From NCBI GenBank assembly GCA_051748065.1, contig JBNJGZ010000001.1:1-51984 (forward strand): a DNA stretch of 51,984 nt, in the 5' to 3' direction. The DNA is from Bacteroidota bacterium (GTDB lineage Bacteria > Bacteroidota > Bacteroidia > Bacteroidales > PWNQ01). The notes below the pieces were generated by a model. It searched no databases and was not told where the DNA came from. It saw nothing but the letters and a program-made list of their open reading frames with translations. The stretch's first letter is position 1. Each line of letters begins with the position of its first letter. A program made the position numbers and the translations under genes. Shown here one piece after another: positions 26,452 to 37,555 of this stretch.

Positions 26452-27915
26452 ATGGCCAGATGGAATAAGTTAAATACAAGGGTAATTCGTAGAGTACTTG
26501 GTTCATTAGTTATGATCGAAGGTGCTTTTATGCTTACTGCATTAGGATTTTCATGGTATTATGAAGGTGAAGATTTTAATGCATTGCTATATTCTGCTCT
26601 TCTTACTATCCTGGCCGGGTTTATCATAAGATTGTTTAGTAAGTCCAAAGAGCAAGCCGGAATTGGCAAGCGCGAAGGATATATTATTGTCTCTTTCACC
26701 TGGATCATTATTTCGTTATTCGGTGCTTTACCTTTCGTTTTGAGTGGGGCTATCCCCTCATTTACAAATGCTTTTTTCGAGACGATTTCCGGGTTTACAA
26801 CGACAGGAGCTTCTATACTTACCGATATAGAAAGTATACCGAAAGGGTTGTTGTTTTGGAGAAGCTTGACACACTGGATCGGAGGTATGGGTATAATCGT
26901 GTTTTCACTGGCAATTTTGCCTGTCCTCGGTATTGGAGGTATGCAGCTTTTTATAGCTGAGGTTCCGGGGCCTACTCCGGATAAACTTCACCCAAGAGTG
27001 GCAGGCACTGCCAAAAGATTGTGGGGGATTTATCTTCTGTTAACTGTTTTACAAACAGGGTTGTTAATGTTTGGCGGAATGGATTTTTTTAATTCATTAT
27101 GCCACACTTTTGGTACTGTCGCAACAGGTGGCTTTTCCACACAAAATGCCAGTATAGCTGAATTTTCCCCCTATATTCAGTATGTTATTATTCTCTTTAT
27201 GGTACTTGCTGGAACGAATTTTGCCCTTCATTTTATGGTGCTAAACGGACGATTGAAAGATATTTTTAAAAATGAAGAATATCGCTATTATTTAAAATTA
27301 TTATTTGCTGCAAGCATTATTGTTGCTGTCTTATTAATTCTCAATACAGACATATCTAATGAAAAGGCCATTCGCGATTCTTTGTTTCAGGTTGTGTCAA
27401 TAACCACAACAACAGGATATGTGACGACAAATTATATGGCCTGGCCTTCCTTTATTTGGATATTCTTGTTCATCCTGATGTTTACGGGAGGTTCAGCCGG
27501 ATCAACAGGTGGAGGACTAAAAGCTGTAAGACAGCTTATGATTTTGAAAAGTACTGCAGTGGAGTTTCGCCGCCTCTTGCATCCAAGAGCTTTTATTCCT
27601 GTCAGGCTAAATGATAAAACCGTTCCGCGTGATATTGTTTCCAATATTTTTGCGTTCTTTATTCTATATATGCTGATCTTTGGTTTTGGAACGTTGATAA
27701 TGGTTCTTGTCGGTCTTGATTTTGACACGTCTATAGGTTCTGTTATTGCTACGCTCGGCAATATAGGACCCGCAATTGGAAATGTAGGACCCGTTGATAA
27801 TTATGCTGCTGTTCCTGACATTGGAAAGTGGTTTCTTTCATTTTTAATGCTAATTGGAAGACTTGAATTGTTTACTGTATTAATTTTATTTTCACCTAAA
27901 TTTTGGTCGGAATGA
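26452..27915 (+). CDS. trkH: TrkH-family potassium transporter
   Basis: Polytopic protein with repeated selectivity-filter-like motifs (TTTGAS, ATGGFS, TTTGYV, GGSAGSTGGGLK). Confidence 0.93.
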   Translation: MARWNKLNTRVIRRVLGSLVMIEGAFMLTALGFSWYYEGEDFNALLYSALLTILAGFIIRLFSKSKEQAGIGKREGYIIVSFTWIIISLFGALPFVLSGAIPSFTNAFFETISGFTTTGASILTDIESIPKGLLFWRSLTHWIGGMGIIVFSLAILPVLGIGGMQLFIAEVPGPTPDKLHPRVAGTAKRLWGIYLLLTVLQTGLLMFGGMDFFNSLCHTFGTVATGGFSTQNASIAEFSPYIQYVIILFMVLAGTNFALHFMVLNGRLKDIFKNEEYRYYLKLLFAASIIVAVLLILNTDISNEKAIRDSLFQVVSITTTTGYVTTNYMAWPSFIWIFLFILMFTGGSAGSTGGGLKAVRQLMILKSTAVEFRRLLHPRAFIPVRLNDKTVPRDIVSNIFAFFILYMLIFGFGTLIMVLVGLDFDTSIGSVIATLGNIGPAIGNVGPVDNYAAVPDIGKWFLSFLMLIGRLELFTVLILFSPKFWSE

Positions 27916-28685
27916 TGAAGATATCTGCAGCTATTATAACATATAATGAGGAACGGAATATTCAACGCTGTCTGGAGTCGGTGCAGGCTGTGGCCGATGA
28001 AATTGTTGTTGTGGATTCGTTTTCCGAAGACCGGACAAAACAAATTTGTCAAAATTTTGATGTGACGTTTATAGAAAATCCTTTTGATGGGCATATCCAA
28101 CAAAAGAATTTTGCTTTAGAGCAAACAAAACATGATATGATTTTGTCTTTAGATGCAGACGAAGCACTGTCAGATGAATTGAAGAATTCGATTCTGGAGA
28201 TCAAAAATCAACCGGAAAATGACACTCAGGCTTTTTCTGTGAACCGGTTGACAAACTATTGCGGAAAATGGATTTATCATAGTGGGTGGTATCCGGATCG
28301 AAAAGTGCGCTTATGGAATCGCAAATCCGGAAAATGGGGCGGTGTGAATCCGCATGACAGGGTGATTTTATCCGAGAATACTGCTATTCTTCATTTGAAA
28401 GGAGACTTATTGCATTACTCTTATTATACTATTGAGGAACACGTATTACAAATCAATAAATTTACATCAATCTCTGCAAATTCAATGACAGACAAACAGA
28501 AACCTGTTGTGTTGTTTAAAATGTTGTTTAGCCCGTTTGTGCGGTTCCTCCGCGACTACTTTTTCAAAGGAGGATTTCGTGATGGGTTCTATGGATTTAT
28601 CATTTGCAAAAACTCAGCTTATTCACGATTTTTGCGATATGGGAAGTTATATCAACTACTTTTGAAAAACGAGAATAACAAATAA
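27912..28685 (+). CDS. Family 2 glycosyltransferase
   Basis: ISAAIITYNEERNI...VVVDSFSEDRT...LSLDADE (GT-A fold with DxD). The ATG at 27912 overlaps the trkH TGA stop as ATGA; the tracked ORF starts at TTG 27903. Confidence 0.85.
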   Translation: MMKISAAIITYNEERNIQRCLESVQAVADEIVVVDSFSEDRTKQICQNFDVTFIENPFDGHIQQKNFALEQTKHDMILSLDADEALSDELKNSILEIKNQPENDTQAFSVNRLTNYCGKWIYHSGWYPDRKVRLWNRKSGKWGGVNPHDRVILSENTAILHLKGDLLHYSYYTIEEHVLQINKFTSISANSMTDKQKPVVLFKMLFSPFVRFLRDYFFKGGFRDGFYGFIICKNSAYSRFLRYGKLYQLLLKNENNK

Positions 28686-28704
28686 TAGATTAAATTAGCG
28701 GAAA

Positions 28705-30279
28705 GTGAAGTTAGCATTAAACAAATCATTTGTCGGGGAGCGAATATATATTTTCGGATTGGTGCTTTTAGCTGCATCCTTGCCCTTGTCAAAGTTCATG
28801 ATCAGTGTCTCTGAATTTATTATCATTGCCGGCTGGTTGATGAACAACAGACTGATGGATAGAATACGGCAGTTTTTCCGTACACCATCAGCCTGGATGC
28901 TATCAGCTATTTATGTCTTGTTTGTAATTGGGATGTTTTATTCCATGGGTAATATGGAACATGGTCTTAAAGAGCTTCGCATAAAATTACCCATCCTGAT
29001 ATTACCTTTCGTTATTTCTACAGCTCCGGCGCTTAGCAGGCGACAATGGACTTATGTAATCGGATTTTTTGTTGGTGCAACACTCGTAGGATCCGGAATT
29101 TCCACTTATATTTTAGCCACAACAGATGTGCTGGACACCCGCAATATTTCTCCCTACATTTCACATATCCGCTTTGGATTAATGCTCAGCCTGGCTTTTT
29201 TCGCTTGTATATATTTTGCCTGGAATACCATGTTGTGGTATCTCAGGCTGTTAATGGTTGTTTTTGCTGCCTGGATACTGGTGTTTCTGGTGCTGTTAGA
29301 ATCCGTTACGGGACTTGGAATTACACTTTCACTGGGCATGCTGATGTTAATTTACATGATTTTCAGAAAAGGTAAAATCTGGGTGCGGGTGATAAGTTTT
29401 GTTTCCTTAGTGGCAATAGCGTTATTGGCGGTATTTTTTGCCCGTAATATTATCAACGAAGAGCTGGTAGCCCCTGAAGTCGACTTTTCAGAACTTGAGG
29501 AGACTACTGCACAGGGCAATCCCTATTATCATGATACCACAAGCACATGGCATGAAAACGGTCATTATATTTATCTGTATATCTGTGAGCCGGAAATGAA
29601 AAAGGCATGGAATAAACGTAGTGATATTCCTTATTCCGGTTATGATAAAAAAAACCAGAAACTAAAATATACGCTCATTCGATTTTTGAATTCTAAAGGT
29701 TTCCGCAAGGATGCCAAAGGTGTGAATAAGCTGAAGCAGGATGAAGTAAAAGCCATTGAGAATGGTATTGCCAATATTAATTATATGAAAAGGTCTTCAC
29801 TGAGGGCACGGCTGTCGCAAATTATTTATGAATATAAAAATTACAGGCTACACGGCGATCCCAGCGGGCATTCCGTATTGCAACGACTTGAATACTGGAA
29901 AGCTGCGTTAGGAATTATCCGGGGAAATCCGTTAATTGGCGTAGGAACAGGAGACATTAACCAAAGCTTTAACAAGGAATATAAAGAAATGGAGACCAAA
30001 CTGGATGAAGAATACAGACTGCGTTCCCATAATCAATATCTGCGGATTGGAGCTACTCTGGGCCTATTAGGACTGGGCTTGTTTTTACTTTTCTTGTTTT
30101 ATCCGGTATTTGCTGCACGAGCCTGGGAAGAAGCTTTGTTTGTAGTTTTTCTCTATATTGTGCTTATGTCAATGGTTACTGAAGATACTTTAGAAACACA
30201 AGTGGGAGCTAATTTCTTTGCCTTTTTCTATTCCTTTTTGCTTTGGGGAAGGAGAAATATTTTTACGAAGAAACGATGA
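28705..30279 (+). CDS. O-antigen ligase/polymerase-like (Wzy_C family) membrane protein with a large soluble loop
   Basis: About 10 TM helices. A Wzy_C-like block: GHSVLQRLEYWKAALGIIRGNPLIGVGTGD ... RSHNQYLRIGATLGLLGL. GTG start. Confidence 0.75.
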   Translation: MKLALNKSFVGERIYIFGLVLLAASLPLSKFMISVSEFIIIAGWLMNNRLMDRIRQFFRTPSAWMLSAIYVLFVIGMFYSMGNMEHGLKELRIKLPILILPFVISTAPALSRRQWTYVIGFFVGATLVGSGISTYILATTDVLDTRNISPYISHIRFGLMLSLAFFACIYFAWNTMLWYLRLLMVVFAAWILVFLVLLESVTGLGITLSLGMLMLIYMIFRKGKIWVRVISFVSLVAIALLAVFFARNIINEELVAPEVDFSELEETTAQGNPYYHDTTSTWHENGHYIYLYICEPEMKKAWNKRSDIPYSGYDKKNQKLKYTLIRFLNSKGFRKDAKGVNKLKQDEVKAIENGIANINYMKRSSLRARLSQIIYEYKNYRLHGDPSGHSVLQRLEYWKAALGIIRGNPLIGVGTGDINQSFNKEYKEMETKLDEEYRLRSHNQYLRIGATLGLLGLGLFLLFLFYPVFAARAWEEALFVVFLYIVLMSMVTEDTLETQVGANFFAFFYSFLLWGRRNIFTKKR

Positions 30280-31339
30280 CTTTCTCCAGCGCTTGAACAG
30301 ACTTCTCCATGGTGAAGTTTTTTAAAGCCCATTCTCTGGCATTCTTTCCCATTTCTTCACGCTTATGCGGATTGTCTTTTAAATACAGGACTTTTTCTTT
30401 TAGCTTTTGAATGTTTCCCATCGGACAAAGAAATCCGGTATTACCGTTCTTAATTAGTTCCGGATTGGAGCTGATATCAAAAGCTATTACAGGAACCTTA
30501 TGCAACATGGCCTCAGCCATAACATAGCCAAAACCTTCCCAGCGAGAGGGCAGAATAAATACGTCAATAGATTGATAAAACCCCGATAGATCAGTATGAA
30601 AACCGGTAAGTAGTATCTTATCAGAAAGATTGTGCTTTTTTATAGAAGACTGCAACTGATCTTTTAAGGGGCCGTCACCGGCAATATGAATTTGGAAGTT
30701 ATTGATATCAGCAGCCAGCGATTTTCCCAGTTCAATAAGATAATCCTGACCCTTTTGAGCAACTAACCTTCCGGCATTACCAATAATAAAATTAACGGCA
30801 GGCTGCTTTTCGGTCAACTCCGGAATGTTTTCTATGCCGTTATAAATTACATGTATTCTGTCATTAGCAATTAATAGGTGGTTTTTATTGATAAGCTCTT
30901 TTGTTTTATGAGAATTGGCAATTACCCCGGTTAGAATGTGTTTAAAGAAATAGCGGTTTATCCAATGAGCTTTTACGGGCAAAGCCGTGCCACGGCGATA
31001 AAATATATTCGGAACTCCTGCCTTTTTCGCGGCTAAGCCTCCGGCTTTCATGTCTGAAGGCAAATTCAAAATTATAACCTGCGGATTGATATCTTTTATT
31101 TTGCGAGCTACAGATTGAATTTTAACGGGGTTTAGAAAAGATAATTTTCCTACTTTAACTGGTGTTATGGGAATTTTTTCCTGCTGACTTTGCTTTAGCA
31201 ATTCCCCATACTCATGAGCAAAAACATGGACAACATAATTCTTTTTGACAAAGGCTTTTGCCATTTCCAGATGCCACTTTTCGCCGCCTCCCCAGCTCTT
31301 ATTTGTGTTGAAAAATAATATGGTTTTGTTTTGATCCAT
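30263..31339 (-). CDS. Family 4 (GT-B) glycosyltransferase
   Basis: C-terminal EGFGYVMAEAMLHKVPVIAFD...NPELI (E-x7-E type motif). Its 3' end overlaps the convergent ligase gene by 17 nt. Confidence 0.88.
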   Translation of the reverse strand: MDQNKTILFFNTNKSWGGGEKWHLEMAKAFVKKNYVVHVFAHEYGELLKQSQQEKIPITPVKVGKLSFLNPVKIQSVARKIKDINPQVIILNLPSDMKAGGLAAKKAGVPNIFYRRGTALPVKAHWINRYFFKHILTGVIANSHKTKELINKNHLLIANDRIHVIYNGIENIPELTEKQPAVNFIIGNAGRLVAQKGQDYLIELGKSLAADINNFQIHIAGDGPLKDQLQSSIKKHNLSDKILLTGFHTDLSGFYQSIDVFILPSRWEGFGYVMAEAMLHKVPVIAFDISSNPELIKNGNTGFLCPMGNIQKLKEKVLYLKDNPHKREEMGKNAREWALKNFTMEKSVQALEKVIVSS

Positions 31340-31390
31340 AAGTAGGTATAGCTTTCAGGCTAAGATTATTTTAAGAAAAGAAAGAATGAG

Positions 31391-33352
31391 CTAACGAAGG
31401 ACTATACGGCCAAGCTTATCTGCTATTTCTTGTACTTTCTTGTTCAGATTATCAATTTGTTTCATCCGTTTTATAACATCTGCATTATCGCTATTTTCAT
31501 CCATATTTTTCAAACTTTCCTGAATATTGTGCTTTTGTTGTTTAAGTTTGTCTAATTTGAATGCCAACAAAGAATGTACAACTGTTTTTTCAAGGATATC
31601 CGATTCCTTTTGGATATGTATTTTGTGTTTTTTTGCCCAGTTTTCACTCAGTTCAAAAGGTTCCGCTAAGAGGTTGATAGCGGTTTCAGCTATCTCTTTG
31701 TCCTCATGATGTGTTATGGTTTTGTTGTCTTTTATTTCCTCTTCATCGATAAAAGATTTGTATATGTCGAATATTTTCTGATAAACGGGAAAAATAAACT
31801 GGATGTCATCAGTGGTCAAATCATTTACGATAAATTCAGCAACATTAATATAATTTTCCGGATCCTCCCTGTCAATGTTTTCCTCATCCGGAACATACGA
31901 TTGATGGCCATAATTTAGCAATAACCGGATGATATTTTTTTCTTGTATTTCAATAGCTTCCTGCTCCGGGTCTTTTTGTTGGACATCAATTGTTTTTTCT
32001 GTTGTCTGTGGTTCGGGAGCATATTCCTGTTTTTTCAGATCTTTGCGGTATTGGCTACGCAATAATTTATTCATCTCATTTAGCAGGGTTTGTTCCTGCA
32101 TATCGATAATGGATGAACATTCTCTGATATATATGCTGCGTTTGATCTGATCGGGAATTTTGCTAATTGTCTGAACAATATCTTTGATTAATTCAGCTCG
32201 CTTAATGGGATCATCCTGAGCATCTTTAAGTAAGATGTTTGTTTTGAAGACAATGAAATCCTTAGCATTTTCTTCAAGGAATTGGCGGATTTCTTCCGAG
32301 CGGTGATTTCTGGCGTAGGAGTCGGGGTCTTCACCTTCAGGGAAAAGTACAAGCTTTACATTCATCCCTTGCTCCAAAATCATATCAATGCCACGGAATG
32401 AGGCTTTTAACCCGGCTTCGTCTCCGTCAAACAAAACAGTAACATTGCTTGTATACCGCTTGATAAGACTGATCTGCTCTTTGGTGAGAGAAGTTCCGGA
32501 AGAGGCCACAACATTTTCTATGCCGGATTGATGCAATGAAATTACATCCGTATAACCTTCTACAAGCAGACAGTTGTCTTCTTTGGAAATCGCATTCCGG
32601 GCAAAGTAGATCCCGTAAAGAATTTTGCTTTTGTTATAAATTTCTGTCTCGGGCGAATTAACGTATTTGGGTAGCTTTTTGTCATTGCTCAGTATTCGTC
32701 CGCCGAAGGCAATAACGCGACCGGTCATATTGTGAATGGGAAATATTACCCGGTTACGGAAGCGGTCAAAATCGCGGTTATTTTTCGAAATGGTAAGGCC
32801 CGCTTTGGTCAGGTACGAAAGCTTATACCCCTGGTTTAAGGCTTCTGCAGTTAGGTCATCCCATTTTTGCGGACTATAGCCCAACTGGAACTTTTCAATA
32901 ATGGCATCGGTAAAACCGCGGTTGCGGAAATAGGCCAGGCCGATCGATTTTCCTTCATCCGAATTCCATAGGCGGTTTACAAAATGTTTTGCTGCAAAGC
33001 TGTTAACAGCAATTAAGCTCTCCCGCTCTTTTTCCTCTTGTTTTTCTTCTTCAGTGCTCTCTGTTTCCTCAATGTGGATATTGTATTTCCCGGCCAAATA
33101 TCTCAGGGCTTCCGGATAGCTATATTTTTCATGCTCCATTAAGAAGCGAGTGGCATCGCCGGAGGCTCCACAACCAAAACATTTGTATATGCCTTTGGCC
33201 GGACTGACCGTAAAAGAAGGCGTTTTTTCGTTATGAAAAGGACACAAGCCTAACAGGTTCGTCCCCCTGCGTTTCAGGGAAATGAACTCTCCCACAACTT
33301 CTTCAATGCGGGCTGCAGTTTTTATCTCTTCTGCTGTTTCTTTTTTGATCAC
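31391..33352 (-). CDS. dnaG: DNA primase
   Basis: Zinc-ribbon motif CPFHNEKTPSFTVSPAKGIYKCFGCGASGD and TOPRIM motifs (LVEGYTDVISL, LFDGDEAG). Confidence 0.96.
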   Translation of the reverse strand: MIKKETAEEIKTAARIEEVVGEFISLKRRGTNLLGLCPFHNEKTPSFTVSPAKGIYKCFGCGASGDATRFLMEHEKYSYPEALRYLAGKYNIHIEETESTEEEKQEEKERESLIAVNSFAAKHFVNRLWNSDEGKSIGLAYFRNRGFTDAIIEKFQLGYSPQKWDDLTAEALNQGYKLSYLTKAGLTISKNNRDFDRFRNRVIFPIHNMTGRVIAFGGRILSNDKKLPKYVNSPETEIYNKSKILYGIYFARNAISKEDNCLLVEGYTDVISLHQSGIENVVASSGTSLTKEQISLIKRYTSNVTVLFDGDEAGLKASFRGIDMILEQGMNVKLVLFPEGEDPDSYARNHRSEEIRQFLEENAKDFIVFKTNILLKDAQDDPIKRAELIKDIVQTISKIPDQIKRSIYIRECSSIIDMQEQTLLNEMNKLLRSQYRKDLKKQEYAPEPQTTEKTIDVQQKDPEQEAIEIQEKNIIRLLLNYGHQSYVPDEENIDREDPENYINVAEFIVNDLTTDDIQFIFPVYQKIFDIYKSFIDEEEIKDNKTITHHEDKEIAETAINLLAEPFELSENWAKKHKIHIQKESDILEKTVVHSLLAFKLDKLKQQKHNIQESLKNMDENSDNADVIKRMKQIDNLNKKVQEIADKLGRIVLR

Positions 33353-33363
33353 AGAAAAAAGTA

Positions 33364-35121
33364 TTACGAATTATCAGGAAACTTTATATCTTTAATGTTC
33401 AATTGCAATGTTGTATTGCCATTCCATGTGTTTTCTTCAATATGGTAACAAATATCAAACGGCATTTGATTCATTTTGTTATACTGATGCCCTTGTTGAA
33501 AGGCAATAGCCGGAAACTTCAGCTCATAGTTATCAGGCTGTACAACTTTAAGTTTTAAATGATTTTTGCCGACAACTTTTGAATAACCGTTGTCTACAAT
33601 CCTTCGGGTCATAAACAGGGGAGCCATATTCCCCGGGCCAAAGGGAGCAAACTGTTTCAGAATGCGAAAGAATTTAGGGCTGATAGCATCCAACGGCAAT
33701 TCAGAATCTATTTCTATTTCGGGAACCATTTCATGATCGCTGATATTTTCAGATGCGTATTGCTCAAATCGTTCGATAAATGTATCCAGATTTTCGGGTT
33801 TCATTGATAAGCCGGCAGCATATTTATGGCCACCGAAGCTGTCCAGTAAATCGCTACAGCTTGAGATTGCATTATAAATATCAAAGTTTTTTATGGACCT
33901 GGCCGAACCCGTAATCAGATTATTATTTGATAAAGTAAGCACAATTGTTGGCTTATAGAACTTTTCAATCAGGCGTGAAGCTACAATGCCAATGATCCCT
34001 TTATGCCAGTTTTCGTTATAAATGACAATGGATTTTCGGTTGTCATACCGTTCTCCTTCAGAAATCAGTTTATTTGCTTGTCCGGTAATGGAACTATCCA
34101 GTTCTTTCCGGTCATCGTTGTTTTTGTTTATTTCCTGGCCGAGCCGGTAGGCAAAATGTTTATCATCACAGGTAAGTAATTCTACAGACTGTTTGGCATC
34201 TTTCATTCGTCCGGCTGCATTAATACGGGGGCCGATGACAAATACCAGGTCACTGATCGTTAGTTCTTTATTAAATGCATGTTCATCCCCTTGTTGTTGA
34301 TCTATTCTTCGTTTGATATTGCTATATTCCAGTATTGCTTCTAACCCCGGACGAGGCGTCTGATTAACTCTTTTCAGTCCGTAATATGCTAAAATCCGGT
34401 TCTCGCCGATTATAGGAACGATATCCGAAGCAATACTTACAACGACAAGATCAAGGTATTGCTCCAGTTCATTAAATGGAATATTTTTTTGCTTTGCAAA
34501 GGCTTGTATCAGCTTAAAGCCAACACCACAACCACTGAGTTCTTTGAATGGGTAGTTATCGCCGGGTCGTTTGGGGTCTAAAATGGCGTGAGCAGCCGGA
34601 AGTTCATCACCGGGCAGGTGATGATCACAAATGATAAAATCAATTTGTTTTTCGTTGGCATATTTTACTTTGTCAATAGCTTTAATCCCGCAATCAAGCG
34701 CTATAATAAGTGTAAATTCATTGGAATAAGCATAGTCAATGCCTTTTTGGGAAATTCCGTAACCTTCTTCGTAACGATCCGGAATGTAAAAACTGATGTT
34801 TCGATGATATTCTCTTAAAAAAGATACAATTAAAGCAACTGACGTTGTTCCGTCCACATCATAATCGCCGTAAACCAAAATCTTTTCATTATTATCCAGT
34901 GCGCATTCCAGCCTTTGGATGGCTTTGTCCATATCCTTCATGAGAAATGGATCATGCAAGTCCGACAGACTTGGCCGGAAAAACCGGCGAGCCTTGTCAT
35001 ACGTATCCATCCCCCGCTGAACAAGCAGGCCGGCAATATAATCATCTACACCTAATTCTTGTTTTAAGCGATCTATTGCTTCCTGATTTCCCTGTTCTTT
35101 TATGATCCATCGCTTATTCAT
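33364..35121 (-). CDS. recJ: Single-stranded-DNA-specific exonuclease RecJ
   Basis: DHH motifs: VYGDYDVDGTTS, ALDCG, ICDHHLP, GHKYAAG (DHHA1). The likely start is MNKRWIIKEQ at 35121; the tracked ORF extends to 35196. Confidence 0.94.
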   Translation of the reverse strand: MNKRWIIKEQGNQEAIDRLKQELGVDDYIAGLLVQRGMDTYDKARRFFRPSLSDLHDPFLMKDMDKAIQRLECALDNNEKILVYGDYDVDGTTSVALIVSFLREYHRNISFYIPDRYEEGYGISQKGIDYAYSNEFTLIIALDCGIKAIDKVKYANEKQIDFIICDHHLPGDELPAAHAILDPKRPGDNYPFKELSGCGVGFKLIQAFAKQKNIPFNELEQYLDLVVVSIASDIVPIIGENRILAYYGLKRVNQTPRPGLEAILEYSNIKRRIDQQQGDEHAFNKELTISDLVFVIGPRINAAGRMKDAKQSVELLTCDDKHFAYRLGQEINKNNDDRKELDSSITGQANKLISEGERYDNRKSIVIYNENWHKGIIGIVASRLIEKFYKPTIVLTLSNNNLITGSARSIKNFDIYNAISSCSDLLDSFGGHKYAAGLSMKPENLDTFIERFEQYASENISDHEMVPEIEIDSELPLDAISPKFFRILKQFAPFGPGNMAPLFMTRRIVDNGYSKVVGKNHLKLKVVQPDNYELKFPAIAFQQGHQYNKMNQMPFDICYHIEENTWNGNTTLQLNIKDIKFPDNS

Positions 35122-35335
35122 ATTCCTCAAAAATTTAGGTAAAGTTAATAATTTATGCCGCGCTGAAAAAAGCAAAATGGAATAAGCTTTCAACAAGTAA
35201 ATGTCATATAAATTAACTTCTTGAAAATGATTTACTTTAAAGCATAAAAAAATTTCCCGGCAGTTTTCAAAACGTTAGGGTAATGATGTATTACGAAATG
35301 CTAAACCAGTCTGTATTAGTTATAGATATTACAGG

Positions 35336-36868
35336 CTAGTTTTCTGCCAGAATATTTCCGGTCATCTCTTTGGGAATAGAAACATCCATCACTGTAAGCA
35401 TTGTAGGGATAATGTCAGCAAGTTTCCCGTCGTTTTTTAGTTGTTTGATGTTTGCATTCAGAACAAACAGAGGCACCGGATTTGTTGAATGTGCTGTATT
35501 GGGGCTTCCGTCTTCATTTAAAGCGTGGTCTGCATTGCCATGGTCTGCAGTTATAAAAACTGCATAGTCATTGTTTATAGCTGCTTCTGCCACGTCTTTA
35601 ACACAACTATCTACAGTTTCAACGGCCTCCACGATAGCTTTAAAAACTCCTGTGTGTCCTACCATATCAGGATTGGCGAAGTTTAAGCAAACAAAATCAT
35701 AAGTGTTTTTATTCAACGCTTCAATTACTTTATCACGCACTTCGTGAGCACTCATGGAAGGTTGCAAGTCGTATGTAGGAACTTTGGGCGAAGGAACTAA
35801 AATCCGGTCTTCATTTTCAAATTGTACTTCGCGACCACCTGAAAAGAAAAAGGTTACATGGGCATATTTTTCGGTCTCGGCAATGCGTAATTGCTTCATG
35901 CCGTTTTTTGCTATGACTTCTCCCATGGTGTTTTTTAGGTCAGGTTTTGAGAAAATTACATGTATATTTTTGAAATTTTCGTCATACCTTGTCATAGTTA
36001 CATAGTATAAGTCAATTGTCTGCATTTTATACTCCGGCATATCTTGTTGGGTAAGTACGGTTGTAATTTCGCGCAAACGGTCTGTTCTAAAATTGAAACA
36101 GATAACTACATCTCCTTCTTCAATCGTACCTGTCGGTTGGTTTTCTTCATCAAAGATTACAATTGGTTTGATGAACTCATCTGTAATACCGTTTTCATAA
36201 GAATTTTTAATTCCTTTTACGGGATCTTTTACGGGTTTGCCCCGCCCATTGACCATCAAATCGTAGCCTAGCTTAATTCGCTCCCATCTCTTATCACGGT
36301 CCATAGTGTAATATCTGCCGCAAACAGAGGCTATTCGTGTTTTTTGGGGTGACAAATAATCCTGCAATTCTTTCACATAACGTATTCCGCTTTTGGGATC
36401 CGTATCACGTCCGTCAGTAAGTACATGAACATAGGAGCGTTTGATATTTGTTTTTTCCACCATCTCAGTTAACTTCATCAGGTGTTTAGTGGAGGAATGA
36501 ACGCCACCATCAGATACCAATCCAAGGAAATGCACAGCTTTATCATTTTTTTCAGCATAGCTGAAGGCTTCCTGCAGTGTGGAATTGTTCTCAATCTCTT
36601 TGTTTTCAATAGCTTTGTTAATACGGACAATGTCTTGATTAACAATGCGCCCGGCACCGATATTTAAATGACCTACCTCGGAATTTCCCATTTGTCCTTC
36701 CGGTAAGCCGACAACCTCTCCGGAAGTTTTTAAACGCGTATAGGCAACGTCTGTATTATTGTATAAACTGTCTATATATGGCGTGTTTGCTGAGTTGATT
36801 GCACTTGCATTTTCCTGCTTTGCTTCTGCCCAGCCATCCATGATTATTAATATTGATTTCTTACTCAT
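35336..36868 (-). CDS. gpmI: 2,3-bisphosphoglycerate-independent phosphoglycerate mutase
   Basis: ILIIMDGWA, MGNSEVGHLNIGAGR and ADHGNA motifs. Confidence 0.96.
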   Translation of the reverse strand: MSKKSILIIMDGWAEAKQENASAINSANTPYIDSLYNNTDVAYTRLKTSGEVVGLPEGQMGNSEVGHLNIGAGRIVNQDIVRINKAIENKEIENNSTLQEAFSYAEKNDKAVHFLGLVSDGGVHSSTKHLMKLTEMVEKTNIKRSYVHVLTDGRDTDPKSGIRYVKELQDYLSPQKTRIASVCGRYYTMDRDKRWERIKLGYDLMVNGRGKPVKDPVKGIKNSYENGITDEFIKPIVIFDEENQPTGTIEEGDVVICFNFRTDRLREITTVLTQQDMPEYKMQTIDLYYVTMTRYDENFKNIHVIFSKPDLKNTMGEVIAKNGMKQLRIAETEKYAHVTFFFSGGREVQFENEDRILVPSPKVPTYDLQPSMSAHEVRDKVIEALNKNTYDFVCLNFANPDMVGHTGVFKAIVEAVETVDSCVKDVAEAAINNDYAVFITADHGNADHALNEDGSPNTAHSTNPVPLFVLNANIKQLKNDGKLADIIPTMLTVMDVSIPKEMTGNILAEN

Positions 36869-37047
36869 AATTTTTATTATTTCAATCTGTATATAATTGG
36901 TTAAAGTGATGTTTGTGGGACTGAATGACTGTTCTATTAAGTCGTCCCGGTTGAGAACATGTTAATGCTTTTGCAAATTACTAACTTTTTTTGATCGGAT
37001 TTGGTATTTGTTTTGAAATATGATGAACAAAAAATGACATTATGCAA

Positions 37048-37539
37048 TTAAGGCATATGTTTTGTTTCTTTTTTGTTAACCTCCGGTATTTCTACAAATT
37101 TCTTCTTTTGTTTCCACCGGCAAATCACCATGTCTTTCCCTTTCAGATCATCAGGAATTTCATAATTTCTTTTGGGTGGAGGAATAAGATTACCGCTTTT
37201 TTCAGATTTCCAGCGCTTGGCAAAGCTTAAGGTGAATTTTGTTCCCTTTTCCGATTGTTTGAAAAAGGACTTTTGTTCTTCTTTTGAAAAGTGTTTCAGA
37301 TTGTTTTCTGAGGGAATAATTTTAAAATCATCAAAAAAGTGCCCATCAATGATAATACCCTCAAGAGATATCTTTTCCGGATTTTTCTTTATTGTAATTT
37401 CCACTCTGTATTCGTTTACTTTTCCGGACCCGGCTACACCTCCGATTACTTCTTGTGAAGTCGCCTTATCTACTTCAATTGGCATTGAACTGAACAAACC
37501 GAAAAGAAAACAGGCAACTGTTGTGCTTATAATTTTCAT
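37048..37539 (-). CDS. Small secreted protein, unknown function
   Basis: 163 aa with an N-terminal signal peptide (MKIISTTVACFLFGLFSS). Lysine-rich. No motif recognised. Confidence 0.6.
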   Translation of the reverse strand: MKIISTTVACFLFGLFSSMPIEVDKATSQEVIGGVAGSGKVNEYRVEITIKKNPEKISLEGIIIDGHFFDDFKIIPSENNLKHFSKEEQKSFFKQSEKGTKFTLSFAKRWKSEKSGNLIPPPKRNYEIPDDLKGKDMVICRWKQKKKFVEIPEVNKKETKHMP

Positions 37540-37555
37540 TTTATCTTAATTTTAT

